A stretch of 63,623 nucleotides of DNA, counting the filler, from Pelomyxa schiedti (lineage: Eukaryota > Protista > Evosea): the NCBI GenBank assembly GCA_020536535.1. It is 10 parts of 10 records of this genome, joined end to end, with 100 filler letters (N's around TTAATTAATTAA, not from the genome) between each part and the next. Parts side by side here need not be neighbours in the genome. Positions count along the whole stretch, not along the records: positions 61,185 to 62,519 come from JAHLWZ010002587.1; positions 62,620 to 63,623 come from JAHLWZ010003027.1; 8 more parts are not named here. One strand, written 5' to 3'. The notes below the pieces were generated by a model. The model was not told the origin of the DNA, did not search any database, and saw nothing but the letters and a program-made list of their open reading frames with translations. The first letter of the stretch is position 1. Every line of letters begins with the position of its first letter. Position numbers and translations under genes: made by a program. This document shows, piece after piece, positions 61,185-63,623 of the stretch.

Positions 61185-62447
61185 CTCTGGATTGGCTACA
61201 ACGGGGTTTTTTCATCAACTTCAACTTGACCACAAATGGATTGGCTTTCTTGGCTGAAGACAAGAGCTTGAAGATACTTGCGGGAACCATTGGTGTTCCA
61301 ATATCCACTGAGGAGGATGTCTACGCTCCAAATTGCTCTCTTTCAGCAATCAGAGAAGTCACGGCAGAGGTGTGGACACTCTTATTTCCATCGAACTCTC
61401 AAAAAAACCTCAATAGTGGCTGAACACATCTGGATTTCGTGAGAGTCACTCCACGATGACAATTGATGGAAGTATCGTTTACACAGACATTGTTCCTATC
61501 AGAGCAAAGGGTGATCTTGTTCTGTGGCTCTTTCTTGTCACTCCTGAAGATGTAAGTCATCTCCCCGATCCAGTTTCACACAATTGACAAGAAGGATGGC
61601 AGGATTTCCTGGAGAAAATCAATGAAGAGCAAAGGCGGGCAAACAACCACTCTCACACAGCTGTGTGGGTTGTGTTGTCGATAGAATTATTCGTTGGCGC
61701 AATTGCTGTTGGCATCAGTGTTGCACTGTCCCTTGCTTTGGTGAGATCACTGAGTAAAGTCGTCAAGAAACTCCAAAGTGTTTCACGTGGACAAATCGCC
61801 AAGTTCGTCCTTTTTTTACTTTCCTATTATTACTAACCCAGTCTGAAGAAGTGGAAGTTCAACTCTTTTGCAGAAGAGTGTTCTGAAGGAGGTTAATTCA
61901 GTATGTGCTCCCTATCTTGCAATAACTCCTTATTCTGTTGTTATTCAGTTGAACTCAGAGGTGATGAAAATGCAATCCGCACTTGACTCATTCAGCCAGT
62001 AAGTAGCTCTGTCATTGCATAAACGAATAACTTCTGATTCAGGTACGTTCCAAGCGAGGTCGTGAGGTAAACACACGCACATACTATCTTTCGATCATTG
62101 ATGGTGGTGTGCAGATACTTGTGTAAGAATAACTTGAAAGCTGTTGTTGGAGTGAGCAAGATGCACTGCACTGTGATGTTTCTGGATGTTGCCGAATTTG
62201 TATGTGGCTTCACCTCACTCACACTCGGACATTTCTGAGTTGCTCACGTTTCCACCAGACTCGGCACATGGAACAACAGGGTGCACAAATCATGATTGAA
62301 ATGCTTTCGACGATGTTCGAGTCTTTTTCCACGGTCATCACAGAGAACAACGGGTCCATTGACAAGGTTTCCTGCACACTTCTCTTTTTTTCCCCAATGT
62401 TCTGACATGAAACCAGTATATCGGAGGCACGATCATGGTGAGTCTTC
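61185..62447 (+). CDS. Membrane-bound class III adenylate/guanylate cyclase (sensor-TM-HAMP-cyclase), partial, multi-exon
   Basis: TM VWVVLSIELFVGAIAVGISVALSLAL, HAMP-like helix pair, SFSQYVPSEVV, TVMFLDVAEFT, NGSIDKYIGGTIM. Confidence 0.82.
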
Positions 62448-62943
62448 GGAATGATCTTTATTCTCTCCCTCCCTTTCATGATATCTCTCCCCTGATTGAA
62501 AACCCAAAAAAAAAAACAANNNNNNNNNNNNNNNNNNNNNNNNNNNNNNNNNNNNNNNNNNNNTTAATTAATTAANNNNNNNNNNNNNNNNNNNNNNNNN
62601 NNNNNNNNNNNNNNNNNNNAACAAATCAGAAGACAGGGCAGAGGAGCTCCTAAAGCCAAAATAAAGAGCCAGCAGAAAAAAGGCAGAAAACAACAACTCA
62701 CAGCTATGGTTACCTCACTACCAAGCAACTTCTTGTTATGATGATATGGATGGTCTTTGAGCGAGACAGAGGAATACCAATGCACTTACAATAACTGCAG
62801 AAGCTAAAGAAAAAAAAAAAAAAAAGAAAAAAGAGGTTTACTACTACAACTACCCACAGCTACAGAGGAAGAAGAAAGAGATGGGGATGGAGATGGAGGT
62901 GGAGGTTTGGGGAGCAACTTCTTGCAACACCACACACACCCAA

Positions 62944-63140
62944 CTACGGTTGACACAGTGACAGCCTACAGTTGACCGCCCGACAACTTTCGACGGCCTA
63001 CAGTTGACCGCGTCAATTCCACAGCCGACAACTTGCGACGGCCTACAGTTGACCGTCCGACAACTTGCGACAGCCTACAGTTGACCATGTCAAATTCCAC
63101 GGCTGACACCACGACGGCCTACAGTTGACTGCCTCAATTT
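62944..63140. repeat. Higher-order tandem repeat of GAC(A/G)GCCTACAGTTGAC
   Basis: Units start at 62960, 62992, 63037, 63069 and 63113 (spacings 32, 45, 32, 44), plus a degenerate unit at 62944. Confidence 0.85.
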
Positions 63141-63623
63141 GCAGTGCCCAACTACAAACTTTCAACCAACAAAGGTTGGTATTGGGCTTTCACAGGTTGA
63201 CCCCTAAGTGCTAACACACATGGTTTTACTCCCAAAAAAAGTTTATGTGTGTTTACAAAAACGTGGATAAAAGATTTGTGGGTTTTTGAGGCCAATAAAG
63301 GTCAAGAGTCCTTGAGACACTGATTGAAAGCCAAAGATGTGGTCTTACATCATTTCAATGCAATGTTCATTGCAACCTTTGTTGGGGGTATCCCATGATT
63401 ACTTCTACATAGTTCCGACAAAAACTACGGTTTTTCTGGCTAATGGTACTTATGGGAAGGGTTTCCTCTCCTCCCCAAGTACTGTTTGAAAGAGAGCAAC
63501 AACAATTACGAAAATCACAGTTACTATTTATTTTTATTAACACAACTGTTTCAAAGACTAGCTACACCATTATGTTTTCACAGTACTTGTTCTAATTATT
63601 CATTCCACTGCTGGTGTATTTAT

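Noticed and set aside
21332-62619. Recurring TTAATTAATTAA palindrome flanked by N runs
   Set aside because: Artificial six-frame-stop contig linker; ORFs containing X residues and cross-spacer synteny are artefacts.
62944-63140. CRISPR array
   Set aside because: Spacers are short and repeat one another, there are no cas genes, and the context is eukaryotic.

Overview
Eukaryotic protist genomic DNA. The window is ten contig pieces joined by nine artificial 100-bp spacers (N44-TTAATTAATTAA-N44), so adjacency across spacers is not biological. The short GT-AG introns (~35-90 nt), very compact gene spacing and gene content point to an amoebozoan. From memory the expanded families resemble those of the archamoeba Pelomyxa; this is unverified. 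Intron-rich conserved genes: BROX-like BRO1-CAAX protein, ankyrin-SAM-TKL kinase, HAS1/DDX18-like helicase, DH-PH RhoGEF, prolidase, SLC38A11-like transporter, VAC14, class III nucleotide cyclase, and tRNA-Glu(TTC). Between them lie about a dozen intact, truncated or collapsed copies of an uncharacterised, mostly intronless family with a constant N-terminal motif (AxxQ-F/L/V-I/M-AL...RCG..SP..L...W) and a variable beta-rich body. Also present: MORN proteins, a TRIM-like protein with a phage-type glycine-rich C-terminus, two CudA-like paralogs, and a retroelement graveyard (LINE inside a Ty3/gypsy relic, EHD pseudogene). Best candidate for an undescribed system: the four-gene array at 252-5177. 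Genes 2 and 3 are in frame behind a single TGA, and genes 3 and 4 are linked by a 23-codon mini-ORF with TAATG and TGATG stop/start overlaps. Exon boundaries and domain calls were made by eye, without database searches.
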